A stretch of DNA of 64,000 bases from Acidobacteriota bacterium (GTDB lineage Bacteria; Acidobacteriota; Vicinamibacteria; Vicinamibacterales; CAVVIG01): the NCBI GenBank assembly GCA_046728115.1, contig JBKPDW010000197.1:16151-80150 (forward strand). The letters run 5' to 3'. Shown piece after piece: positions 18,486 to 26,712 of the stretch. The notes beneath the pieces are model-generated. The model made no database searches. It had not been told where the DNA came from and saw only the letters and a program-made list of their open reading frames with translations. The first letter of the stretch is position 1. Every line of letters begins with the position of its first letter. A program made the position numbers and the translations under genes.

Positions 18486-19918
18486 CGAACGCGCTGAACG
18501 CGATCGTCCCGATGGCGTGCGTGACGGCTGCCGCGCTGGCCGCGATGGTCGCCGAAGCCTTTCGCGATCCTGGTGAGCAGATGCCCATTGGCCCGCTGGG
18601 GGCGATCGGACTGATCGGCGCGGCTATCGCGTCTGTCGTGTTGTGGAATCACAATGCGTCGAGCTTCGGCGTCGTCGTCGCCGATAACTTTGGCCTCTTC
18701 GTCACTTTCATTCTGATCGTCGTGGGACTGTTATCCCTGGCCATTTCCGAGGCGACAATCGACCGTGAGCAACTGCCGCGCGGCGAGTACTACGCGTTGT
18801 TGCTGTTTGCATTGGCCGGGATGATGCTGATGGCGACCGCGACGGATCTGTTAGTGATTTTCCTGGCGCTCGAGGTGTTGTCCCTGGCCGTCTACGTGCT
18901 GACCGGGATCCGTCGTGATTCCGTCGCGGGCGCAGAGGGCGCGTTCAAGTACTTTCTGCTTGGCGGATTTTCGAGCGCATTCTTCCTGTACGGCATCGCG
19001 TTCACGTTCGGGCTGACTGGCAGCACTCACCTCGACCGTGTTGGAAGCCTGATGACATCGCAGGGTCGGGCGCCGACACCACTGCAGTTCGTGGCGATCG
19101 CCTTGTTGCTTGTGGGATTCGCGTTCAAGGTGTCGGCCGTGCCGTTCCACATGTGGACGCCCGATGCGTACGAGAGCGCACCACCTGCCGTCACTGCTTT
19201 CATGTCCACCGGCGTCAAGGCGGCGGCGTTCGCCGCGTTCGCGCGTGTGTTTCTCGCCTCCCTCGCTCCCCTGCGCCCGCAATGGAGCACTGTCCTCGCC
19301 GTCATCGCCGCGGCGACGATGATCCTGGGCGCGGTCGTCGGTGTGGCGCAGTCCAACGTCAAGCGGATGCTGGCATACTCGAGCATCGCGCATGGTGGAT
19401 ACCTGCTGCTCGCGCTGCTGGCTGCGAACGACATAGGGAAAGGCGCCATTCTGTTCTACCTGCTGACCTACGCCGTGACCAACATCGGCGCGTTCGGCGT
19501 GATCGCACTGCTCGACAACGCGAACCGGCCCAGCGATCGCTTGGAAGACTACGCCGGTCTGGCGCGGCAACATCCCATTCTCGCGGCGCTGATGACCACC
19601 TTTCTGCTCTCGCTGGGCGGCTTCCCGCCGACCGCCGGCTTCATCGCGAAGTGGTACGTGTTCAGCGCGGCGGTAAAGGCCGATTACGTGTGGCTCGCGA
19701 TTGTCGGCGTGCTGACCAGCGTCGTGTCGGTTTTCTTCTACCTGCGCATCGTCGTGATGATGTACATGACGCCGACCGCGGCTTCCGCGCCGGTGCCCGC
19801 CATCCCAAAGATGGCAGGTCTCGCGCTGGTAACTTCTGCGCTGCTCATTTTCTATCTGGGTATCCTGCCCGCTCGCGTGCTCGACTGGGCGGCGGCTTCG
19901 ATTTCGACAATCTTCTAG
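18482..19918 (+). CDS. nuoN: NADH-quinone oxidoreductase subunit N
   Basis: ATGA overlap with the nuoM stop (start MTNALNAIVPM). KVSAVPFHMWTPDAYESAPPAVTAFMSTGVK. The upstream part of ORF 18284.. is a shadow. Confidence 0.9.
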   Translation: MTNALNAIVPMACVTAAALAAMVAEAFRDPGEQMPIGPLGAIGLIGAAIASVVLWNHNASSFGVVVADNFGLFVTFILIVVGLLSLAISEATIDREQLPRGEYYALLLFALAGMMLMATATDLLVIFLALEVLSLAVYVLTGIRRDSVAGAEGAFKYFLLGGFSSAFFLYGIAFTFGLTGSTHLDRVGSLMTSQGRAPTPLQFVAIALLLVGFAFKVSAVPFHMWTPDAYESAPPAVTAFMSTGVKAAAFAAFARVFLASLAPLRPQWSTVLAVIAAATMILGAVVGVAQSNVKRMLAYSSIAHGGYLLLALLAANDIGKGAILFYLLTYAVTNIGAFGVIALLDNANRPSDRLEDYAGLARQHPILAALMTTFLLSLGGFPPTAGFIAKWYVFSAAVKADYVWLAIVGVLTSVVSVFFYLRIVVMMYMTPTAASAPVPAIPKMAGLALVTSALLIFYLGILPARVLDWAAASISTIF

Positions 19919-19927
19919 GAAAGACCC

Positions 19928-21346
19928 GTGCGGCGCTTTCACCTGGCCGTTCTCGTCATCCTGATCGTGGGCTCCACGTCTTGGGACAACGCCGCCGCTC
20001 TGCAGCCGGAGCTGAACGGCGATCCGCGAATGCTGCGGGTGGAGCAGTGGCTCAAGGCGATCATGCAGCACGAGCCGGGCACGACCGACCAGGCTGCTGC
20101 GCTCGTCGCCTCGTGGTCCGCGCGAGACGTGCGCATGCTGTGGATTGACGCCAGCGTGATCGCGCACCTGATACGAGATCCGAGGAGATCGAGTTTTACG
20201 GTCAAGGCCGATGGGCAGCGGAACACGATGCCGGTCCGGTATTCGAGCGGCCAGCTCCATCGTTTGAAGATTCTTGGATGCGCGGCGGGTGGTCTGGTCC
20301 TGCATCAGGTCTGCCTCGAGATGGGGGCGCCGAGCCTGCTCGATCCCGATCTGCTCCATCTGTCGCGTCTCGTTGAAGCGGCGAGGAGCAGTGGGGACGA
20401 CAATTTCGTGTTTCGCCGCGGTGCGCTGCTCCACACCGACATCGCGATGTTCATCCCGACGACCTCAGAACCGGTCGGCGGTCTGAATGCCGCTGGACCG
20501 CAGCGAATTCGCATCGAGACATCCGACGGTCTTCAAACCGACCTGGGGCAGGTAGCACCGCATTGGGAGCTCGCGCGCCTGCTGCTCGACTTCGTGAAAC
20601 CGCCGGGCGCGTCGAACCCGGCGCCCGGGTTGGACGAGATGGTGCGGCTCTGGTACCGCGCCACCGCCGCGTGGATGCAGGCGCGTGAACAGCACGACAC
20701 CCTCCACCTCGATCGCGCGCGCGCGATTTTCCCGAAAGACGCCGACATCCTGTTTCTCAGCGCCTGCCAGCACGAGGTGTACGCGGGGCCGCCGATTCAG
20801 ACCGTGTTGCAGGCGGCGGCGGTGCCGTACGGCGTGAAATCGGATGTCGCGTCGGAGCGCTCGGAGCTCCACCTGGCCGAGACGTACTTCCGGCGCGCGC
20901 TGGCGGCGAACCCGTCGATGGCCGAGGCGCGTCTGCGCTTCGGCCGCGTGCTGTCGCTCCTCGACAAACAGGCAGAGGCGGTGTCCGAGTTGCGTCAGGC
21001 GCTGACCTCGACCAAGGATCCGTCGCTGAAATACGACGCCGCGCTGTTTCTCGGCGCCGCGCTGGAAGCAACGCACGACTTCGCTGCGGCTCGGGACGCG
21101 TACCGGCAGGCGGCCGAGCTCATGCCCAATGCGCAGTCGGCGAAGATTGCACTCAGCGCGCTCGCGCGGCGGCGAGGTGACCGTGCCGTCGCGTGGCGCG
21201 AGATACAACCGTTGTTCGAGCGCAAGCCGGACCTCGATTCCGCCAACGACGATCCGTGGTGGAGCTACTACGTCGTGCAAGCGCGCAACGCCGACCAGTT
21301 GCTCGACGAGCTGCGCCGGCCGTTTCTGTCTGAGGCGAGCCGGTGA
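19928..21346 (+). CDS. Secreted/membrane-anchored TPR-repeat protein, hypothetical
   Basis: GTG start 9 nt after the nuoN stop, with aggaaag upstream. Hydrophobic N-terminus (FHLAVLVILIVGS). C-terminal TPR-like repeats (AETYFRRALAANPSMAEARLRFGRVL...). Confidence 0.6.
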   Translation: MRRFHLAVLVILIVGSTSWDNAAALQPELNGDPRMLRVEQWLKAIMQHEPGTTDQAAALVASWSARDVRMLWIDASVIAHLIRDPRRSSFTVKADGQRNTMPVRYSSGQLHRLKILGCAAGGLVLHQVCLEMGAPSLLDPDLLHLSRLVEAARSSGDDNFVFRRGALLHTDIAMFIPTTSEPVGGLNAAGPQRIRIETSDGLQTDLGQVAPHWELARLLLDFVKPPGASNPAPGLDEMVRLWYRATAAWMQAREQHDTLHLDRARAIFPKDADILFLSACQHEVYAGPPIQTVLQAAAVPYGVKSDVASERSELHLAETYFRRALAANPSMAEARLRFGRVLSLLDKQAEAVSELRQALTSTKDPSLKYDAALFLGAALEATHDFAAARDAYRQAAELMPNAQSAKIALSALARRRGDRAVAWREIQPLFERKPDLDSANDDPWWSYYVVQARNADQLLDELRRPFLSEASR

Positions 21347-22194
21347 ACGGCCGCACTGTCGTCGGTGCGTCGCTGATCCTGTCGCAGGTGCTGGCGGCCC
21401 AGACGCAGAGTCCCACCTTCAGCTCGAAAATCGAAGCGGTGCGTGTTGACGTGCTCGTCACCGACAAGGGACAGGCGGTGCTGGGCCTGGGCACGAACGA
21501 CTTCGACGTGCTCGACAACGGAGTGCCGCAGCAGGTGGAACTCGTCAGCTACGAGCAGATTCCACTGAACGTCGTGCTCGCGTTCGACATGAGCGAGAGC
21601 GTGGCCGGAGAGCGGCTGGGTCATCTGCGCGATGCTGGAACGGCGGTCCTCGGCGGACTGAAGAAAGACGATCAGGCCGCGCTCGTCACCTTCAGCCACG
21701 AAGTCGCCCTCGGATCGGGTTTGACGACGGAGGTGAGCGGCGTCCAGGATGCGCTGAATGAAGCCATCGGCATCGGCAGGACGTCGCTGGTGGATGGCGC
21801 CTATGCCGCGCTCACGGTCGGCGAATCCGACGTCGGTCGCTCGCTGCTCATCATTTTCAGCGATGGCCTCGACACGGCAAGCTGGCTCACGCCAGACACG
21901 GTGCTCGACACGGCAAAGCGCTCGGACGTCGTCGTCTACGCCGTGGCAATAGGCCACAGCAAGCCCGAATTCCTGCGCGATCTCACCTCGTATACCGGCG
22001 GCCGGCTGTTCGAAGTCGAGAAGACGTCCAACCTCAGCGCAATCTTCCTCGATGTGCTTCACGAATTTCGCCAGCGCTATCTTGTCAGCTACACGCCACG
22101 GGGTGTAGCCAAAGACGGATGGCATCGCCTCGACGTTCGAGTGAAACGCAAGGGCACCGTCAAAGCGCGGCCGGGTTACCTTGCGGGACCGTGA
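21343..22194 (+). CDS. VWA-domain protein (VWFA-related acidobacterial-type domain)
   Basis: GTGA overlap with the upstream gene. Signal-like N-terminus, FSSKIEAVRVDVLVTDKGQAV..DFDVLDNGVPQ, and MIDAS-like VLAFDMSESV. Confidence 0.8.
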   Translation: MNGRTVVGASLILSQVLAAQTQSPTFSSKIEAVRVDVLVTDKGQAVLGLGTNDFDVLDNGVPQQVELVSYEQIPLNVVLAFDMSESVAGERLGHLRDAGTAVLGGLKKDDQAALVTFSHEVALGSGLTTEVSGVQDALNEAIGIGRTSLVDGAYAALTVGESDVGRSLLIIFSDGLDTASWLTPDTVLDTAKRSDVVVYAVAIGHSKPEFLRDLTSYTGGRLFEVEKTSNLSAIFLDVLHEFRQRYLVSYTPRGVAKDGWHRLDVRVKRKGTVKARPGYLAGP

Positions 22195-22218
22195 TTCTGG
22201 AATCGCCATTCACGCGGC

Positions 22219-22246
22219 TTGACATTGTCCCGTCAAAGCCTACAAT
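22219..22246 (+). promoter_or_regulatory. Near-consensus sigma70-type promoter for the PadR module
   Basis: TTGACA (22219-22224), a 16-nt spacer, then TACAAT (22241-22246). It sits about 22 nt upstream of the ATG at 22268. The -35 element is embedded in the inverted repeat TTGACattgtcccGTCAA. Confidence 0.55.
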
Positions 22247-22267
22247 GTAGTCGACACAGCGGACGCC

Positions 22268-22552
22268 ATGACAAGTCCGGCAACGACGCTGCTCATCGCA
22301 ACGGCCGCGACGGCGATGATCGTGGTGTACTCCGTGGCGTCGACATTGTTGCGATCGGCGGCTCGGCGGACCGCCACTTCGATCGGATGCATCGGCTGCG
22401 TTCTTCTCGCAGCAGGGTTCGTCTCGATCCAGTTCGCTTCGGGGCTGCCGCGCGCCGAGCGGCCGCCGTTCATCGACTTCGGTCTGCCAGCGTTGTGCCT
22501 GACGCTCGCCTCGGCGCACGCGGTTTTCGCAGCCATTCGTCGTCATGGCTGA
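22268..22552 (+). CDS. Small integral membrane protein, hypothetical
   Basis: 94 aa with 3 predicted hydrophobic helices. Its stop overlaps the PadR start by 8 nt. Confidence 0.5.
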   Translation: MTSPATTLLIATAATAMIVVYSVASTLLRSAARRTATSIGCIGCVLLAAGFVSIQFASGLPRAERPPFIDFGLPALCLTLASAHAVFAAIRRHG

Positions 22553-22874
22553 TGTCCTCGGCGCATTCGAGCAGGCGGTGCTGCTGGCCGTCATCCGGCT
22601 CGGGGACCTGGCATACGGACGCGCGATCCTGAAGGAGGTCCAGACACGCCTCGAGCGTGACATCGCACCGGGTGCCGTGCACGCAACGCTCGAGCGACTC
22701 GAGCAGAAGCGTCTTCTGACATCGCGCCTCGGCAGCGGCACTCCCGTCCGTGCCGGCCGGCCGCGCCGGTTCTATCGGCTGCAGCCGGCGGGCGTGCGTG
22801 CGCTCAACGACGCGCGTGCCGCCGTGGACTCGATGTGGCGCGGCTTGCGATGGCCGCTGAAGGGAGGCACATGA
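22545..22874 (+). CDS. PadR-family transcriptional regulator
   Basis: FEQAVLLAVIRLGDLAYGRAILKEV...GAVHATLERLEQKRLLTS...RRFYRLQPAG. This is the winged-helix PadR signature. Confidence 0.85.
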   Translation: MADVLGAFEQAVLLAVIRLGDLAYGRAILKEVQTRLERDIAPGAVHATLERLEQKRLLTSRLGSGTPVRAGRPRRFYRLQPAGVRALNDARAAVDSMWRGLRWPLKGGT

Positions 22875-23164
22875 CGCCGGATCATCCGTCGATACGACCC
22901 CCGCGATGGGCGGAGGGTTTGTTGCGCCTGCTGCTCCAGCCGAAAGATCGCGATAGCGTGTCCGGCGATCTGCTCGAAGAGTACCGCGAAGCCATCGTCT
23001 CGAAGCGCGGCTCTTCGTCAGCGGACGCATGGTACGCGCGACAGGTCGGCTGGTACCTGTTGCGCGCGAGTTGGCCGTTCGGCGTCCTGATCGGCGCAAC
23101 TCTGGTCGTCCGGTATTTGCTCGATACGCTCGATGTATCGTGGCCGCTGAGGAGGCGCTCGTGA
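22871..23164 (+). CDS. PadR-associated membrane protein, short paralog (permease-prefix-like N-domain plus 1 TM)
   Basis: ATGA overlap with the padR stop. N-domain PPRWAEGLLRLLLQPKDRDSVSGDLLEEYREAIV, then one hydrophobic helix. Confidence 0.6.
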   Translation: MTPDHPSIRPPRWAEGLLRLLLQPKDRDSVSGDLLEEYREAIVSKRGSSSADAWYARQVGWYLLRASWPFGVLIGATLVVRYLLDTLDVSWPLRRRS

Positions 23165-23757
23165 CAACAGCACTACCGCCGACCTGGGCCGAGGCGATCC
23201 TTCGTCTCGTGTTGAGACGGGCCGACCGCGAATCGGTCTCTGGCGATCTTCTCGAGGAGTATCGCGACACGATCGTTCCCTCTCGAGGCCAGCCCGCGGC
23301 CAACCTCTGGTACGTCCGTCAGGTCATGGGTTTCATATGGCGCGCGACGTGGTTCTGGGCGCTGCTGTTCAGCGGATCTTTCGTGTTTCGAACCGCCTAC
23401 GACTGGCTGGTTCCGACGACCGACTTTCACGTTCGCGCCGAATGGTCGACCTATGTCGGCGTTGCAACGTTCTTCGTCACCGGGTTGTGGGCGGCCTGGC
23501 GATCCGGATCGTTCGTGGCTGGTCCGATGGTCGCTGCCATGACCAGTCTTGTGGCCGCCCTCTTCAGCGTCGTCGGCGCGAGTCTGCTTGTGGCGATTCT
23601 CGACAGTCCTCAGACCCGGGATGCGATCGCCGGCAGCGGCGGACTCGACGAGGTTTACTTTCTGCCGTTCATGATGATCGTTCCTGCGGTGATCATCGGC
23701 GGCGTCGCCGGCGCACTCGGGAGCGTGGGCCGCAAGCTGTTCTCGACTATGTCCTGA
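23161..23757 (+). CDS. PadR-associated membrane protein, long paralog (same N-domain plus about 4 TM)
   Basis: GTGA overlap with the upstream gene. N-domain PPTWAEAILRLVLRRADRESVSGDLLEEYRDTIV is clearly paralogous to the preceding ORF, and several TM helices follow. Confidence 0.65.
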   Translation: MTTALPPTWAEAILRLVLRRADRESVSGDLLEEYRDTIVPSRGQPAANLWYVRQVMGFIWRATWFWALLFSGSFVFRTAYDWLVPTTDFHVRAEWSTYVGVATFFVTGLWAAWRSGSFVAGPMVAAMTSLVAALFSVVGASLLVAILDSPQTRDAIAGSGGLDEVYFLPFMMIVPAVIIGGVAGALGSVGRKLFSTMS

Positions 23758-23784
23758 CGCGAAGCAACCTCCGTCCGGGCCGCG

Positions 23785-23812
23785 ACCTCCGTCCTCCTGC
23801 GGGGACAGAGGT
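23785..23812. terminator. Hairpin between convergent genes (ACCTCCGTCC word)
   Basis: ACCTCCGTCCtcctgcgGGGACAGAGGT, preceded by a direct copy of ACCTCCGTCC at 23767-23776. No U-tract. Confidence 0.4.
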
Positions 23813-25194
23813 TACAGCTGGCCGAACAGAGCGACGAGCGTCGATTCGTCTTCCGGCACCACGGTTCGAAGATCGAGGACGACGCGGTCGTTCTCGATGC
23901 GCGCGATGACCGGCGGCGACAGCTGTCGTAGTCGATTTTCGAGCGCATCGGCCGTCAATGCGTCCTTTTCGATCATCACGAGAACTGTCGGCAGCGTTAC
24001 GCCAGGTGCGCTGCCGCCGCCGACGGCCGAGACGCCGTCGATCGGTGTCGCGCGCCAGCCGGGCATGCCGTTCACCCGATCCGCCAACGCCGTGGCGCGC
24101 GCGCGGATGTCGTCGGCCGTCTGCGCCACCATGCGCTGGACCGGTACTGTGGACGGCGAGCGGCCGGCCGCGTATTCGTCAAGCGTCGCTTCCAGCGCCG
24201 CGTACGTCATCTTGTCTGCGCGCAGCGCGCGCATCAGCGGGTGGATGCGGACGCGATCCACAAAATCCGCGCGGCCGACAATGATCCCGGCCTGCGGTCC
24301 GCCGAGCAGCTTGTCGCCGCTGAAGCAGCAGAGGTCAGCGCCGGCGGCGACCGTGGCCGTCACGGCCGGCTCGTCGAGGGAGGGACCGGGGCCAGCGCCC
24401 AGATAGCCACTGCCGAGATCTTCGGCGACAGGAATGCCGCATTTTTTCCCGACGGCGACCAGTTCCTCGAGCGTCGGACGTTCGGTGAACCCTTCGATTC
24501 GGAAGTTCGAGGGGTGCACGCGCAGAATCAGGGCAGTCCGATCGCCAACCGCCGCCGCGTAATCCGCCGCACGCGTCTTGTTCGTCGTCCCAACCTCACG
24601 GAGGATCGCACCCGACTGTGCCATCACGTCGGGAATCCGGAAGCCGCCCCCGATTTCGACGAGCTCTCCGCGCGAAACGACGACTTCGCGGCCGGCGGCG
24701 AGCGCGGCCAACACAATCAGCGTCGCGGCAGCGTTGTTGTTGACAACGACCGCGGCCTCCGCGCCGGTGAGGTGACGCAGCAACGATTCGGCGTGCACGT
24801 CGCGACGGCCTCGCGCACCGCGTTCAACGTCGTATTCGAGCGACGAGTAGCCGCGCGCGACCTCTGTCACCCGTGCGATCGCCGCGGACGCCAACGGCGC
24901 ACGCCCGAGATTTGTGTGCACGACGACGCCTGTCGCGTTGATCACCGGTTGAAGCGACGGACGAAACAGACGCTCGAGCCCCGCGTGAGCCGTCGTTTCG
25001 ATTTTCGATGCGATGTCTTCAGCCACACCCGGAACGCGCTGAGTTGTACCGCGAGCAATCTCGCGCCGGATTGCGGCTGCAGCATCGCGCAGGGCGTTGA
25101 CCGTCGCTTCGGCCCCGAAACGAGCTTCGAGCTCGCGGACGGCCGGCCGATGCCGCAGCTGTTCAATCGAAGGGATCAATCTGAGCTCGGACAT
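23812..25194 (-). CDS. selA: L-seryl-tRNA(Sec) selenium transferase
   Basis: PVINATGVVVHTNLGRAPL, VVNNNAAATLIVL, VVSRGELVEIGGGFRIPDVM, EVGTTNKTRAADY and HPSNFRIEGFT match the SelA core, including the PLP-lysine region. Confidence 0.92.
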   Translation of the reverse strand: MSELRLIPSIEQLRHRPAVRELEARFGAEATVNALRDAAAAIRREIARGTTQRVPGVAEDIASKIETTAHAGLERLFRPSLQPVINATGVVVHTNLGRAPLASAAIARVTEVARGYSSLEYDVERGARGRRDVHAESLLRHLTGAEAAVVVNNNAAATLIVLAALAAGREVVVSRGELVEIGGGFRIPDVMAQSGAILREVGTTNKTRAADYAAAVGDRTALILRVHPSNFRIEGFTERPTLEELVAVGKKCGIPVAEDLGSGYLGAGPGPSLDEPAVTATVAAGADLCCFSGDKLLGGPQAGIIVGRADFVDRVRIHPLMRALRADKMTYAALEATLDEYAAGRSPSTVPVQRMVAQTADDIRARATALADRVNGMPGWRATPIDGVSAVGGGSAPGVTLPTVLVMIEKDALTADALENRLRQLSPPVIARIENDRVVLDLRTVVPEDESTLVALFGQL

Positions 25195-25267
25195 TTCAGA
25201 TTTCAGAGATTTCAGAGTGCAGATTTCAGGTTGATTTCAGAGTTTTGACTTCAGATTGCGAACTGAG
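25193..25267. repeat. ATTTCAGA word array filling the selA/ORF divergent spacer
   Basis: cATTTCAGATTTCAGAGATTTCAGAGtgcAGATTTCAGgttGATTTCAGAGttttgacTTCAGATTGcgaactgag. The array runs into the start codons on both sides. Confidence 0.8.
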
Positions 25268-25288
25268 TCGACGATCGTCCGCAATGTT

Positions 25289-25720
25289 ATGCTAACAGTT
25301 CTCCCCATGGCTTCGGACCCGCCGAAATTCCGTCCGCTCGAGCGGTTCTGGCCGTACGCCGAAATTCCTGAACAGCCGACGGAGGAAGAACTGGCGGCGC
25401 TGAATCCGGATTTGTACGAAGCGCTGTACGGCGCGCGGTCTCGGGATTTCTCGATCACACTGGTCTTCCCCCATCTTGACGTGCCTCATTTCGACGAGGC
25501 GCTCGCGCTGGCGCGCGCGTCGGCGGAATTCCGGGAGACCGGTGCCGGTCCAACCCATCGCTACCGCGCACGCTTCTCGTCCACCGACGCCGCCCGGCTT
25601 CGCGATCTCTTTCACATCGTCGGCCACGCCGACGCCACCGACGTACTGGTCGATGACCGTCCGGTTCCATATGCGCGGGAATTGTGGCTGCCGCTCATGT
25701 GGTTCCTCATCCAACGCTGA
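25289..25720 (+). CDS. Hypothetical protein
   Basis: ORF with high GC3. Start uncertain (TTG 25256, ATG 25289 or ATG 25307). No family recognised. Confidence 0.5.
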   Translation: MLTVLPMASDPPKFRPLERFWPYAEIPEQPTEEELAALNPDLYEALYGARSRDFSITLVFPHLDVPHFDEALALARASAEFRETGAGPTHRYRARFSSTDAARLRDLFHIVGHADATDVLVDDRPVPYARELWLPLMWFLIQR

Positions 25721-25727
25721 GAAGTCG

Positions 25728-26306
25728 ATGGCGACGTCAGCGTTTGCAAAGGATCTGCAGCGGCTCGAAGCCGACATGAAGCAGCTCGAGGCCGAATACA
25801 ATCAGTTTTTTTCCGGACGCCTCCCAAAGCCGCCATGGGAAACGCGGAGCCGCGTCGAGGCGCTCGTCAAGCAGTACGATCGGGCGCATATCCAGAACAC
25901 CGGCGATCGCTTCCGGTTTCACACGCTCCAGTCGCGGTTTGCGACCTTCGTGGATCTCTGGGATCGTGGCATGCGCGCGCGCGAAGAGGGCCGTCCGGGC
26001 CCGTTCTCTCACGTCCGGGCGACGAGGGAACCCGAACGGAAGGAACCGGCCGATCGCATCCTGCACGTAGCGTCTTTTCGCGATCCAGTTCGCGAAATCG
26101 ACAAGCTGACGGATCTCTACGAGTCGCTGGCGGAAGCGCGGCGCGAAGCCGGCGACGAGCCGGTGCCGTTCCATCGATTCGCGGATCTCATCAAGACCCA
26201 GGTCGGCAAACTCCGGGACGAGGGGAACGGCGAAGTTGCGTTCCGCGTCGCGCTGAAGGATGGAAAAGTGGCGTTGACGGCGCGAGCGCTGAAAGGGGCG
26301 ACTTAG
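25728..26306 (+). CDS. Conserved-looking hypothetical protein (coiled-coil N-terminus)
   Basis: ATG 25728 (MATSAFAKDLQRLEADMKQLEAEYNQFFSG...). Strong GC3 bias in this frame. The upstream part of ORF 25476.. overlaps the previous gene out of frame. Confidence 0.55.
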   Translation: MATSAFAKDLQRLEADMKQLEAEYNQFFSGRLPKPPWETRSRVEALVKQYDRAHIQNTGDRFRFHTLQSRFATFVDLWDRGMRAREEGRPGPFSHVRATREPERKEPADRILHVASFRDPVREIDKLTDLYESLAEARREAGDEPVPFHRFADLIKTQVGKLRDEGNGEVAFRVALKDGKVALTARALKGAT

Positions 26307-26350
26307 GGTGGCTGAGGCCGGTGGTGGGTGGAGCTGTCGGCGGATGGGCG

Positions 26351-26394
26351 GATGGCTGACGGCCGAGAGTTTATGACCCTCGGCCATCAGCCAT
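26351..26394. terminator. Hairpin between convergent genes (possible bidirectional terminator)
   Basis: GATGGCTGACGGCCGAGagtttatgaccCTCGGCCATCAGCCAT. Stem of about 16 bp with one mismatch. Confidence 0.45.
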
Positions 26395-26403
26395 GAACGG
26401 TCT

Positions 26404-26607
26404 TCAGATTTTGGTGACGTTGCCGGCCTGCGGGCCTTTGGGACCGTCAACGATCTCGAACTCCACTGCCTGACCTTCCTCGAGCGAACGGAATCCGTCA
26501 CCTTGAATGGCCGAGTAGTGCACGAAGACATCGCTGCCTCCGTCTCGTTCGATGAACCCGTACCCTTTGGCGTTGTTGAACCACTTGACCTTGCCTGTAA
26601 TGCGCAT
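26404..26607 (-). CDS. Cold-shock protein (CspA family), 67 aa
   Basis: [34 protein letters not shown] (RNP1/RNP2 motifs). SD aggaag upstream. The longer ORF-track N-terminus is not credible. Confidence 0.95.
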   Translation of the reverse strand: MRITGKVKWFNNAKGYGFIERDGGSDVFVHYSAIQGDGFRSLEEGQAVEFEIVDGPKGPQAGNVTKI

Positions 26608-26648
26608 CTTTCTCTTCCTGCTTGCTGTGACGCATCGCGTCGGTGAAC

Positions 26649-26677
26649 AAAAAAAAAGGCCGCGTATTGCGGCCTTT
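26649..26677 (-). terminator. Intrinsic-terminator-like hairpin plus U-tract inside the csp 5' leader
   Basis: Minus strand reads AAAGGCCGCaatacGCGGCCTTTTTTTTTTGTT. It lies about 40 nt upstream of the csp ATG and downstream of the predicted csp promoter. Confidence 0.5.
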
Positions 26678-26712
26678 CCCTTTCGGCGCCAGGCCCGCCC
26701 GGCGTCCACTTA

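Noticed and set aside
25256-26359. Possible selenoprotein next to selA. A single in-frame TGA (25718-25720) joins ORF 25256-25720 to an open frame running to 26359.
   Set aside because: After the TGA, the alternative frame (ATG 25728-26306) has the strong GC3 codon bias and a sensible protein sequence. The read-through frame translates to Arg/Ala/Gly-rich junk. The long open frame is a high-GC artefact, and no SECIS-like hairpin follows the TGA.
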